Shown here in pieces: positions 39,073-52,085 of a stretch of 64,000 bases of DNA. The notes beneath the pieces are model-generated. The model was given only the letters and a program-made list of their open reading frames with translations, was not told where the DNA came from and ran no database searches. The stretch's first letter is position 1; the number at the start of each line of letters is the position of its first letter. A program made the translations under genes and the position numbers. This stretch comes from Kudoa neothunni (taxonomy: Eukaryota > Animalia > Cnidaria), in the NCBI GenBank assembly GCA_964304625.1, contig OZ199839.1:2761223-2825222 (forward strand), given 5' to 3'.

Positions 39073-40561
39073 TTAAATAATAAAAAAGTAATTTCTAAAC
39101 TGATTTATACTGGAGTCCCTCAGGGACCTTATGGGCACACATGGAATTTTTCAAGCTCGGTAGGGGAAGGGTTCAAGTAACTCACGTTCAACGAGTTGAT
39201 CTGCCTAACACCCGTCTTATTGACAAAGAAAACCCTATCTCATCCAAAAATGTTACTTCCCGATGTTCTCCTTTAAGCCTCAATAGTTCTTAAACGTATC
39301 TAGATTACCGATATAAATAATATAGATAGTAGGTTGTTCTCATATTGTTTCAAATATTTTCAGCGCTATTCCGAACGTGAAGTACCATAGAAACACATTT
39401 TATAGAATAGTTAAAGTCATGAATTGTTTTTTTTACAAATTGCTTAGGTACAACAATATTGATTTCTTCATAAATAGCTTTAAGAGATATTTTACAATCA
39501 GCCCTAGTGAATTTTTTAATATGATTTATATGGTCAGTTTTGAGTAACGACTATCTATCACCACCACGTTTGATTAGATCACAAATCTCGGTTGAAAGAT
39601 ATTTATTAATTATTTTTCTAGTAATACTTTCATGTCTTAACTGTTTAAGCTATTTCTCCGGTTTTTGGACCACCTACGAAGGTTTACCATATTAGTCAAA
39701 ATTCCTAGAAAAATTACTCTATGAGAATAAATAATGATTTCTCCAATGGCATTTTTAATGCGTTTTTATTGAATGAAAAATGAAATATATTGAAATGAAG
39801 TCTAACCATTATCAGGTCTAATTCAGGATAATCACATCTGATCAAATATTTCTTAATTATTATGTATTTTAGTATTAATTGATTCTTCACAAAGTAGTTT
39901 AACGTATATAAACAGTTATTTGAATAAATGATCATAATTTTTTATGCTTTAATAGAATTCTCAGTGTCGGATCAACTTATTTAAAAATAATATTATTTGT
40001 GAAAAACAAAATTTCCACTACCAATGCACATTTTAGTAGACAACAAAGGAGGGTATTTAGTAGAATAAATAGAGTAGATGTGTCTGAATCTTTAATACCA
40101 ATAAATAAATCTTTTTTTTTGAGTTTAATCTTTTATTTCATCGCCCCTATTTCAAAGTGTTAATAATACAAACCCCACCGAGAAAAATTCCAATGTGATA
40201 TAGTAGACCAATTGGTTAAAATTAAATCTGATCATACGTTGTTCTTCTATAGCGTATCTATATAAGCATAAATATTCCAATTTTATTATCTTACTGAATA
40301 AAATAATAGAATTTAGACACATTCTTAACAACTTTAGAATGCATAAATATATGAATCTAGACTCAAAGTTTACCACTCAAAAATGTGGCCAGTAAAATTT
40401 ATTTAACTACGGCCTAAAATATTAAACGTATATCAAATGTGAAGATTGAGAAAGAATTCTTGAAAATGTTAAACTTTTGCCGTAACAAATGAAATCTCAT
40501 GTTGGCGGCATATACAGCACGCATAAGAAACATCCAATTTTCTTTATACGTACAACAACTA

Positions 40562-42408
40562 TTATATTGCATTCTTAATTTTTTTATTTAACAGTGCACA
40601 AAAATCCACAAAATTCCCACTTTTATCATCCAAATTACGTATATAGTAATCGAATGACCAGGTGAATGGATTCAGTCGACAAAAAAGTTCATAATTAACA
40701 ATTTCTTCATCGGCAGTTGCTGATTCATCCAAAACATTCGAAAAAATTTTAGCTCTCCTACGTCTCCTAGAGTTCTTCCACCAATGGCATTGCATTGAGG
40801 AGTGTAGAGTTAGTGACAAAAGTTTCGAGTTCTCCATTGCAATGATGAACCGATTAAAGGCGTCGTCTGTATATGTTGTTGGTTCCAATCTATTATTGAT
40901 GTAGTTTTTCAGATTAAAAGTTACAGTACAAATAAATTCATTAATAAGAATAGAAATTAAATGCTTCAAATAAGCCCCAAATATTGGGAACAATTCAATT
41001 TTTTTAGCTGTTGGAACTCGGCCCAAAGAGATAGAAAAATGGGGTGTAGTTTTATTGCGTTCAATCCAGCTATAATTCATTGAATCTGGCCAATCGAGCA
41101 GATGAAGCATATCGAATACAATATGATTTTGTTTTTTATCCACCGAAAAACGTTGCAAGGTAATATTCATACAGGAAACCAATCGCTTATAATCATTCAA
41201 AGTGATTGCCTTGGCTAGATTGTGGGTTAGTTCGAAAGGATCTTGCACAATGAGAGGGGCATTATAATCCAATCGATAATCATTAAAATTTTCCACATAT
41301 TTCTTGATAATTTGTCTATATTTTACGGAATATTGATCAACTGAGCAATGAGTTATAATCTTTTCGAGATCAAGTTTTAAATTTTCTCGTGTCAGTTTTT
41401 CACCTCTTATATGGGCTATGTTTGCTACCTCTTCTTGCGGATTGTACTCATTGACATAGTAATGGAAGAATTCAAATAATAAATTATGATAACCTAAGTT
41501 GTTAGGTAATAAGATCATTAAAATACAACAACATACTTTTAGGATTATTGTTTTCCATGGTAATTTCTAAATATAATTAATTCAATTTATAATATAAAAC
41601 TTATTTATCCGTTAAGAGATATCTGAAAAAACTAAAGATGAATACTTTCCGAGTTGTCGAAAGACATTATTGGCGGTAAATAATGTTTCGTCAGTAAAAA
41701 ATGAATAATCATCACAGTGAATCCGTAGGAAGACAAGTGAAAACCTTTTTCGCAATTTTTAGACATTGATTTAAACCACAATTTCAGTAATAAAATATAG
41801 AATTTAAGGTTGAAATTCTCCTTCATATTCACCATTAATGGGATTGAAATAAAATCTTCCATAAGCTTGGTATTTTCAATGCTTAACCTATAACCAAGTC
41901 ATGTTATCATTGTACACTCGTACATACTAATTCGATACCAATTATTAATGGTGAAATCAACTTGAACGCCTAGCGGTTTATAATTAAAGCTAATCGCTGG
42001 ACAACGCCAACTTGCTTTGAATATTAATTTTTCTAGTTTTACACGTTGCTCGGAGATTTTTATTTTATCATAAAACAACTCCACTACGTTATATTTATTT
42101 GGTTTTTTAGGATGGAGCAATTTTTTCACAATATCACATGTTGTTTCGGATAACATCAACGTTATATCCAAATCGTAATCACCAACCAAACACATCCCTA
42201 TGTTCGTGGAGCCATAGAAATGAAAATCTTTCAGTTCCACTCCAAATAAGGCTAGAATTTTACATAGCTCTAATGTCACTTTATTTCGTGCATTATTCAG
42301 CGTGGGTGAGTTTATCGATATGTTGAAATTGTCTATTATTGTTTGAACTCTTTCATTTTCCGAATTGGAAGAAAAATAGTTAATGGCAAACTCCTCCGAA
42401 ATATTCAT
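40562..42408 (-). CDS. TUT1: TUT1/Star-PAP-like terminal uridylyltransferase, 4 exons (42408-41939, 41887-41646, 41566-41537, 41493-40562), 557 aa
   Basis: Pol-beta NTase motif FYGST..G....DYDLD, VDFTINNWLSIENT, LSSYGF, nucleotide-recognition motif QDPFELTHNLA with His, C-terminal WKNSRRRRR basic stretch; introns 51/79/43 nt phase-consistent. Family certain, orthology probable. Confidence 0.75.
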
Positions 42409-43733
42409 TCTTTATTATTATTATTATTATTATCATAAGAAACACGAATACTTAGAGGGGGTGTTGTTTGCGCACGCGTTTGTCAAATTAATTTAATAAA
42501 AACTGAATATAAATTTTATGATATCTGTCATTAAACCTCCTAAAATTAAATTGATCTAACTACTTTTTGCTACAATTTACAAATTGGTACTGTAATTGGG
42601 ATTTTTCGCGCTAAGTTGGGAAGATGGAAGACGTCAAAAGAAACTCTAATTTATGAATATTAAATTAATAATGTGGATTATGAGTTAATTGATATAGTTA
42701 ATATTTAGGGTAATAAAATTAAAAAGTTGCATAACAATGACATGATTTCTTTATAAAACCGTGTGAAAATGGAACCATATTAAGGATCGAACAACTGTAA
42801 ACAGATGTAAATTCTGAGCGGTTTAAATTTGATCTACACTTAAGTAAAGGCTTAATATCTACGTAAACAAGATTAACTTTAATAATGCAAATTCAGTAAA
42901 TTCAGCACGTTCCGTAATTTAACGTTCATCTTCTAGGTATTATTTAATGTGTATACAGTAGTGTAGGTTTGTTTCGTTCTGCAGAGATACTACGCACCCA
43001 ACAGGGTTGTCTTAAAGTGCGTAATGTCCCTGCACTATTGTACTTAAAAATAAAACCACGATGTCTTTATAATTTTGTCTTCTGTCTAAATTCGAGATCC
43101 ATGATTTAGATGTATATTCTTTATTATATAGCATTTAAATTTGTGTGTTCGAATTTTTACTTGGTCTCTTCTCTTATTTGAATTATAGCTAAATTGTCTT
43201 TTAATGTTGGTACAACGAAAATCAGAACATTGATTTATACACTTAAATAATTGAAGGCTAATTTTAACAGCGTATATTAGTTAGTTTTATTCAGGTACAT
43301 TTAGTATGCATCCGTTTTGAATTTGATGAATTTTTCTTAACCCACTGCCTCAATGTTTAAATTAAAATCTGAGTCTTTATAGAATAAGCAATTCACTAGG
43401 AATATCCTGCACAAGATGGCATATAAAGCAGGCTTCTCGACTTTGTTGTATACAATTTAAAAGTATCAAAATTTTCTGAATCCCTCAAACGATTTGCATG
43501 TATTATTGAGAAACTAGGTGCCACCCATGTTTTGAATTACTTGTCAAAAATTGGCGAGATCGAGAGAGCCGTCAGATCAATCACGTACCAAATAACATTT
43601 TTTTTGGAAATATTGTTTTTTGTTAACTAAATGGATGGGCTATATTTATTTGGCTCGTTTAAATTTCTCAATTAAGTACAGAGCTTAATAAAACGAGTAT
43701 AATTTTTATTTTTATAATTTAAAATTGATTTAA

Positions 43734-45895
43734 CCCTCTAAAGACGCCAAAAACTATCCTCCAATACATATGGACCAATATAACCCCAGATTTTTATTTG
43801 ATAAGTTTTATTGATAGATTGTTATGAACTTATTGGTAAATTTTTGAAATTTTTCTAATGGCAGATTTTTGAATAAAACGACAATAAATAGTCAATTAAT
43901 CCACCTTAATCTCGTTCGCAACATAGCGCCTTTCGTCGACTACTCTTGTTAAATTAATATCCTCAAGAATATCCGCTTTTTGGACAAAAAATTACATATC
44001 TATAATTTGTATAAGAAAAATAGACTATATAATTGTATTAAAAAGAGAGTCTATGTAATAATTAATTCAAATTGCAACATTTGTTGGATGAGTGCACTTG
44101 GTCGTGTGGTCTATTACAATTTGAACAACAAAAGAACATTTTTTTATCATTTCCAAGAGGGAAATATCTACTTCGTGCCCTTTAGTTTTTTATTGAGGGA
44201 ACATTTGTAATTGGTTCGGAGATAGGTGATTTTCTTTTGACAACTTTGTCATTATTCAAATTTCGATTGATAATGCTCGGTAGAGAGCTTCAGCGATCTC
44301 TTTTAGAAAGGTACAACGGATTTTATTTCGGCTATTAAAAATATTCTTACATAATGCAAAAGCATTAATCAAGGATAAGTCGACGGTATAGAAAAAAACT
44401 ATCATTGACTATCTGCGGTTGAATCTGTGAACAGAAACTGAGGCAAGCATTTGGTCAATGGTGTCGACTCCATCCTTCGCTTTATTGTAGCAAATGATAA
44501 CTTCGGGTTTTTTTGTGTGAGGTATCGAGGATGTTAGCATTGGTGGTTCCAATTGAGATTAGAATGACAGATTATTTGTTTTATTGGCATATTTTTCTCA
44601 AAAAAGGCAAAAGTTGTACTATACAATTCCCTTTTTGTTGTGTCGAATAATACCTAAGTATTTCAATTTTTTTTGTAGTAGCGTTGATGCAAGTAGAAAA
44701 GAAGAAAAAAAATTGAGTCACGATATTTCTTCCTGAATGATGTAACGGTTCAGAGAGTGATAGGACAATACCTTTAGCAACATTTAGGTTTAGTTCGATA
44801 TTTCCATTTTTACCCAGATACGGAGAGATATTTAAACATACTTTTCAATTGGGCAAAATTTATCCGTGGTTCTTCTTTCTGGCCTAGTTTTTACGTCATC
44901 GAAATGATGAGATTGTTAGATTTAGTAAAATCTTGTCCTTGAAAAATTTGTTCTGTACATTTCTCTGCTTTCAGACACGTTGAACAATTCTGTCATGGGA
45001 TTCTCCCGATCTTTATGAACAGACATAAGGATAAGAATACCGAAATATTCATCAAATTCTATGGAACCGATGTCAGTCCAAATTTCTTTAAAATGGCTAC
45101 ACTCAAAAATGTTCGTACATTCAATAATTCTTTCACGAATACTTGTAGTAAACATTATGGAAAGACAGCCAAAATATTACGAACTCTCTTTAAACAATAA
45201 GCCGTCGGACCGTGATGCGAGTTCATTATATTTTCAGCTGATATTTTAGAGACAACAGGTTTGGCTAAACTCCAGGTGATTCCACTTTTACTAGTTGTGA
45301 AGCTATCGGTTTCAACAATTTCCAAAAGTTCATCTGAAGATTCATATTCACCATTTGATATCTCAACACCACTCATAGTCCCGCGATAAAATTACGCACG
45401 ATATGGAGGCTGCTCATGTATTACTGTAATATAATGTTGAATAAAACAGGATCATTGCTTTATCACAAAATTTAGTATAGTTAAACTTTAATGTGAAAAT
45501 TATTATTTTTGTATAAACTCTTAAAACAAACACAAAACTATTTTGTTAATTCAACGATCATGAGCGAAATGAAGATGCAGTAAGTCGATGAAGATTAAAT
45601 GAGATTAATTAATGTATTTATTATCGGTTTACTCGAAATTCAACCATTAAAATTTTTTTAATACTTTACCATTGTGATTATAAAAATTTATTAATCTGAT
45701 TTATCAAATAAAAATATTGTGTCATATTGACCCCAATGTAATTAGAGTATAATTTTTTTATTAAATGTTACAGTAATTATTTTTTTATTATTTTTCGGCG
45801 TAATTATCACTACAAAAATATAGAAGAATAGATGGAATCTTGTGACAAGAAGAATCCTAACAAAGTTACTGGGGAATTAATCGGGCTTTGGAGGG
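43734..45895 (-). mobile_element. piggyBac element, degenerate
   Basis: TTAA|CCCTCTAAAG ... CTTTGGAGGG|TTAA; transposase remnants (44922-45376; YNKAKDGVDTID near 44450-44490). Confidence 0.88.
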
Positions 45896-46335
45896 TTAAT
45901 ATAAATTTGTTGATTCTAACATTTTCAAACAATTATAATAATATTTTTTAATTAGGATTATTTATTAATTACATTACATAAAAATTATTTATTTTTTCAA
46001 CAGGAATAAATAATAGCTCCAATCGTTGACTGTTAAGTCACGAGGTAGGAGAAGATATTTATCTTTTTTCATTTGCTCGTAGCTAATTGAGTTAACCAAA
46101 ATAATTTTGTTTTAATTCATGCATTTTAGAAATACATAGGAAAATTAACATTCTAAAATACCAATTAAAATAATAAAAAATATAATTTTAAGACATTTTT
46201 ATTGGTATTATCATTTTCATATTTAAATAATAGTTAAAATTAAGCGTTGACTTTAACATGAAGGAGGTGGTGCGAAGTGAGTGCAGGAATTAGCATGGAG
46301 ATACGAGTGGAAAATTTACACGTTATTTCAAAATA

Positions 46336-47909
46336 TAGGATGTTTCGAGCTTTAACAGCACTGTGTCAAGCATTAACAACATTGTGTCAAGCTTTAACAA
46401 CACGTGTCTAAATTTGGAATCTAATTAGGTAGAGGATTCATATTTATAATTCATAAAATATCAAATGAGTGGTAATAATGTATAACATAGTTGATTTGTA
46501 TAATATTTATGAAATAAAAAAGATACCAGTAACGATTCTCAAATTACAGCCCCCCCCCCCCCCCCCCAAAAAAAACGAGACAGACAATCTCAAATGTCAC
46601 AAGGTCAATGATTATTAACCAGTGTGAAAATAATAGCAATTCTATAATTGCCGAAAACGTCGATGTACCATTGCTTCAATTGTAGAAGCTTACCTGATTG
46701 ACCGAAAGGTCGAATCTTTAAAGCGGGGTGGCGATTATTCCACAAAGTTAACCAATAATCAAAAGTTGTTGATTAGAAATTGGGTGGACAAAGACGCAAC
46801 AATTACTCTCAAAGCCCTTCGCCTGAAATTAATTGACGAATGTGGAATAAGCGTAAATGCGAGCAATATTAACAGATGCTTGAAACAATTCCATTACTCG
46901 TTAAAAATGGTGACAATTGTCCCCGAGCGTAGGAATTGTGAGGGTACTATAGAGCAGTGCCTTGCGTATGTTTTAAATTTCAACTAAAAAATTCATGTGA
47001 TAGAAGATAAAAATTTCATTTTCATTGACGAATTTGGCTTTAATGTATCGACACGAACTAGAAAAGGTCGTTCCTTCGCTGGTACGACAGCTTACACTCC
47101 TGTTAGCGGAGTTAGAACAAGGAACATATCCATTATAGCCTCTATTAGTAAATACGGTATGGTATTTTATTAAGTTAATCGGAGACCAGTGAATGGAGAG
47201 GATTTTAAGGAATACCCTATTGAGCTGGTAGATTTTTGTCACTCAATCGAAGTAGATAACCCATGCTTCGTATTGGACAACGCGAGATTTTATCACTATT
47301 GTGGGCGTGAAGATGTGCTAAATTCTACACAATTAACATTGATGTACCTGCCTTCATGTTTGTCTTTTTTGAACCCGATCGAAAATGTTTTCAATAAATG
47401 GAAGAACCATGTTACACGGGGTGTTGCAAGGGATGAATCTGATCTTTTAAACCTGATAGAAGATGGGTCCAAAATTATCACCCTTGATGATTGTTTCGGA
47501 TACTATCGAAAGATGCTTCGATATGTTTCCAGATGTCTCAGCAGAGAAATTACTATGGAGTAAATATAAATTTTATCATTTTTAAGAAGATTATATATTA
47601 TATCCATCCCATTTGACATTATTATTTTATACGCGCATCAAAACAATGGAATTTGTAATTAATCTTGAGTTACATCTAGTGCTGTGTTAATGCATTAATA
47701 TTTATTTTATTTAGGCTGAATCACTTTTATCGTTAAGTGTGTAAAAATTTTATTTTTAATCTCGACTTGTTAAAAAAGTTCAAGTTATTTCTTTTATTAG
47801 TTAATGCAACAAACCTTTAAACCACGTTGTTAGAGCTTGACACAATGTTGCTAATGTTTGACATGCTGTTGCTAATACTTGACGCAGTATTGTTAAAGCT
47901 CTAAAAACC

Positions 47910-47912
<3 letters not shown>
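46336..47912 (+). mobile_element. Tc1/IS630-like DD34E transposon, degenerate
   Basis: IFIDEFGF, VLDNARF, LNPIENVF (34 residues between second D and E); ~80-100 bp TIRs built of ~20-bp tandem units (TTAACAACATTGTGTCAAGC); TA flanks. Confidence 0.88.

Positions 47913-47950
<38 letters not shown>
47911..47950. repeat. (TA)n microsatellite flanking the Tc1-like element
   Basis: Near-perfect TA run. Confidence 0.9.
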
Positions 47951-47953
<3 letters not shown>

Positions 47954-48850
47954 AATTATGAATAATTAATTGTGGGTATTCGCGCCAAAAAATTGCAGTA
48001 ACACAACGATAAATTTAAATTTAGTACCTGAAGACGTAATTATTGAATTGGGAGAAGATTAAAAACTTTAATAGATACGATTTGATTTTTTGTTGTATTT
48101 TAAACTAGCGTTTTTTTCGACCTTGGGTCTTTAAAAACCTCGCTGACAGCCCTGGTTTAGAATTGAAAAAAATCGTGCCAATAATCTAATCTTCCCTTAT
48201 ATTAACTTAAATTAAATTTTACAGATGAATATTAAAAAGAAATATGTGCACAATAATTGTTACATTTGTAGTCATACTTAACCACTACTACGTTTATTTA
48301 AACGCAGTAGGTTGGATAACTTTCACCATAATATAATCAAGCGATTTGTCTAAATTTTATATTAAAGTTACAATATAAAATTGTTCACGGAGAAACAAAC
48401 TACAACAGCCTCGAAACTCGCACGTAAACGCATACCACCACTATTCAATATTCAGATTGCAAGCCCCAATAATATACTATCAGATTAATCGGTTAGACCA
48501 AATTGCAACACCAACATGTAGAAAAAATATAACCAAAATTAAATTCACGCACAAAATCAGAAACGACAACGCAGCAAAAAACAACACAGAACTCAACACA
48601 AATCGAATAATAGCACCTTCAATAATTGTGAGACAGTGTGATTATTATATGAATAATGTTAGTAATATGAACAGAATGTTTGGATATGTGTGAATGTGGT
48701 GAGATAATAGTGGTAACAGAAGTAGCATAATAAATGTGCCAAAGCGATAAAATAGAGTAAAAGACAAAATTATGATAGATAGACGTATCGAAGTAAAAGA
48801 TGATTAGCGACACACATTACAATTAGATTGAAGGATTGGATTTGGTTGAT

Positions 48851-49597
48851 TTATTCTTCATCACCAACACCACCATCTTGCGAAACCTCGTTCGACCAGA
48901 GGGTGAGATTATCTCTAAGAAGCTGGAGAATGAGAGTGCTATCTTTTCTGGTTTCTTCACGTAAAGTGTCATATTTGGCTATGGCAGTATCGAAGGCTTC
49001 TTTTGCAAGTCGTTTGGCTTCATCCGCTTGGTTGAGGATCTCATAATAAAACACTGAAAAGTTTAGACTCAATCCAAGGCTGATAGAGTCGGTAGGACAT
49101 AATTCGTTTTTACAAATGGTGGCTGCCTCGCTGTACACAGCAAGAGCTTCATCGGCAATCTCTTTTCGGGCATCTGCTGGAAGCACCTCGGCCAAATATC
49201 TCAGATAGTCACCCTTCATTTTGAGGTAGAACACCTTGGAAGCAGGATCAGAAGCTTTAGGAATGAAACACTCATCACACAACTTCAGTATATCCTGACA
49301 CACAGTGTTGAGATCGTTTTCCACTTTTTTGCGGTATTCCTCGGAGAAACCAACCTTTTCACTATCGTCGGTTACTTTGGATTCAATGGATTTGATCACT
49401 CTCCACGATGCTCGATAGCTACCAACCACATTCTTGTAGGCAACACTCAACAGGTTTCTCTCATCCTCATTGAGTTCTTTACCCATTTGTACAACTTTTT
49501 TCATCGCATCAATCATATCTTGATATCGTTCTGCCTGTTCACATATTCGGGCAGAAAATAACAATTTATCACGTTGTTTCTCCTGTTCAACATCCAT
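48851..49597 (-). CDS. 14-3-3 protein, single coding exon, 248 aa, with a 5'-UTR intron (49599-49656)
   Basis: EQAERY, RNLLSVAYKNVVG, KMKGDYLRYLAE, KDSTLILQLLRDNLTLW; acceptor TTTTAG|AATG places the start at MDVEQEKQ. Confidence 0.97.
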   Translation of the reverse strand: MDVEQEKQRDKLLFSARICEQAERYQDMIDAMKKVVQMGKELNEDERNLLSVAYKNVVGSYRASWRVIKSIESKVTDDSEKVGFSEEYRKKVENDLNTVCQDILKLCDECFIPKASDPASKVFYLKMKGDYLRYLAEVLPADARKEIADEALAVYSEAATICKNELCPTDSISLGLSLNFSVFYYEILNQADEAKRLAKEAFDTAIAKYDTLREETRKDSTLILQLLRDNLTLWSNEVSQDGGVGDEE

Positions 49598-52085
49598 TCT
49601 AAAACAGTGTAACAATAGCAATAATATTTAGGTGTACAAATCAAAACACAACTCACTTCTATGTGGTTAATCTAAACCGAATTTGAGGTGATGAAGCACG
49701 TTTAATTGATTTGGATTACCTGCAGATCCAAGTGTTCCAGTAGAAATCGTAAGTCTAATAGGAAGGACTTCACCAGTACGATCAATAACAGCGGGCTTTT
49801 CCGACAACGCGACCGTTACCGTCAGATTCCGAAAACTAAATGACCGCATAATTCGTATGGATTAGTGCTTATCTATTGTGCTTGGTGTTTGAGTCACGTC
49901 ATTTAATTTATTAACTGCTATAGCTACTATTTACGTTCATACGTGAATGTAAACATTTGCAACCCATTCTCGCACACAAACCCACACACACACACAATAC
50001 AACAAACAACAATGCCGATAGGTCATAAGTGATGGATAGTTTGAAATCCGATCATCAAACAACAATCGCTTCATATTTTATTATTTTTTTTTCAATAAAT
50101 ATTGATTCAAATGAACAGTGACAATAAACTGTAAGAAAAGCTATATTTGAATAGGCATGAATTAAAAATTTAAAAACTATTCGTAATTGGGTTTCTTCTT
50201 TGTCAGATATATGGGGAATGTTAGTTGTTTGGTTGGGCTGTATTTAAAAACTGATTCTCATTACCACTGGTACAACTGCGGCTATTATTTAAGTCCTATC
50301 CTATTAGTTCAACTAAGCTGATCCTCTTTATGTGTGGCTCCTCTAGGGATTCTCATGGTGTCGTTGGACGCTTTATGATGATAGATAGTGCTGTTTCTAA
50401 TGTTTGTGTGTGTTAATCTGATGCGGAAGTTTTGCTTTACAATGAAACTTTAATTAATATTCAACCCAATTAAGACCCATTCGATGTTAATTAAATTGTG
50501 TACGAGAAGTCAAACCTTGATTTCGAACAACCTCGGCTTGGTGTAATAAATGATGTGATTTATTGGGTTTAATCAAGGGGATCTTATGTTGGACCACAAT
50601 GACAGGTGAATTCTTTAACACAATCACCCACCTATGTGGGTAGAATATCACACAACAGTACCTTATCCATTTGTGGATATTGACACAAACAATATCAATT
50701 GTACTCTTCGTATACTAAGAGAAATAACTCGTCGGTAGAATTGACTTTTAAGGTATTTTAAATCGTCGATTAAAACTGGTTAAACTGCCTTAGATCGAGT
50801 TTGTTGCATAGGTATTTCGCTTAATGTTTTGTTTCCCGCTGAACACATTTCATTATCATTCCTCACTCGCATAACCATTTTGCGATATTCTTCCAAGCGT
50901 TGATTTAATCATTTCCATTGAGCTCACCGTTAATGCGTAAATCTCTCTGGAGAATAAAAAGAAATAACTAACAACCACCTGTTGGATTACTATTCTGAAC
51001 TTTAAAGTCTACAGAGAATCTTATATTTTTATTGAAGTGTAGAAAAATTTTTTATAAAGTATAATGTTGGGATTAATTCTTGATTGTAAGTTGATTAATT
51101 TTCGGAATTGATGTAATGTTATCTTTTATCGAACGACCTACTATTAATCTAGGTTAACGCAACAACTTTTCTTTTAGTTTCAAATACTCTTCTATCATTA
51201 GAAATGATAAATCTGTGTCATTTGTTTACAAATTCGGCACCTTCTTTAACCCTATAATCTAATATTAATCTATTATTTATAATGCTAATCTAGTGCTTGT
51301 GTGAGATTAGTAAAATAAAACAAATTATAATGACCACATTATCACGATGAAAGTTAATTGATGCTTGTTACAAATTATTTAATATCGCCACTAGTTCACT
51401 AACTTAATTCATCAAATAACAACCAATATACGTTCTTCATTAACGTTTTATTTTTTTCTGTTTTGTTTGCTGTATCACAACACATACTGAAAGAATAACA
51501 AGTTGTCATTTATTTAGAGTTCCCCATACTCACGCAGAATAAACTTTTACGAATTCTTATGGTAAAAATAAGTCTTGATCGAGGAGAATTCGTAGCTTTT
51601 CAAACATAAAGACTACGGTAATTGGATAGTTGCTAGGAGACGTAATGCAATAGTAGAACATAAAGTAATCCAGTTAAGGGATTTAATTAATGGAAGAACA
51701 TTCGATTAAATTTAACTGTAACTCTGAAAATGAGATCTATGAGTAGTTAGAAAACCGAAAAATATGCTGCATACTAAAGACCCACCTTCTGCCCATATTA
51801 GGAAATCATCTAAGTAAGCAGATTAAACACATGAAAAAATTGAGTTCTTGTATTAATTTTTTATCATGTGGTATTTTATTTTTTGGCGTTAATTGTGTCC
51901 GAATAAATACTATGTTGTGAAGTATTAGTATTTCATTTTATCGGTACACAGTCAAGATTGGATTAATTGATAATTCTCAATTTTAGCATTATTATCTTTG
52001 GATAAAATATTAGTTTTTAATAAGGTTATTTCATCATTAAGCACACATATTTAAATAATAAAAAAAGCTTCATTTGTACATTTAA

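Noticed and set aside
42600-43650. Possible gene divergent from TUT1
   Set aside because: Only short open stretches; no identifiable product.
46350-46412. CRISPR-like short tandem repeats
   Set aside because: No spacers; the units are mirrored at 47815-47905 as transposon TIRs; eukaryotic context.
5556-49597. Alternative nuclear genetic code to explain many in-frame stops
   Set aside because: All six host genes and the hAT transposase translate cleanly with the standard code once introns are removed; the stops lie in decayed elements.
50750-51000. Possible small minus-strand gene with a ~32-nt intron
   Set aside because: No start codon or homology could be supported.
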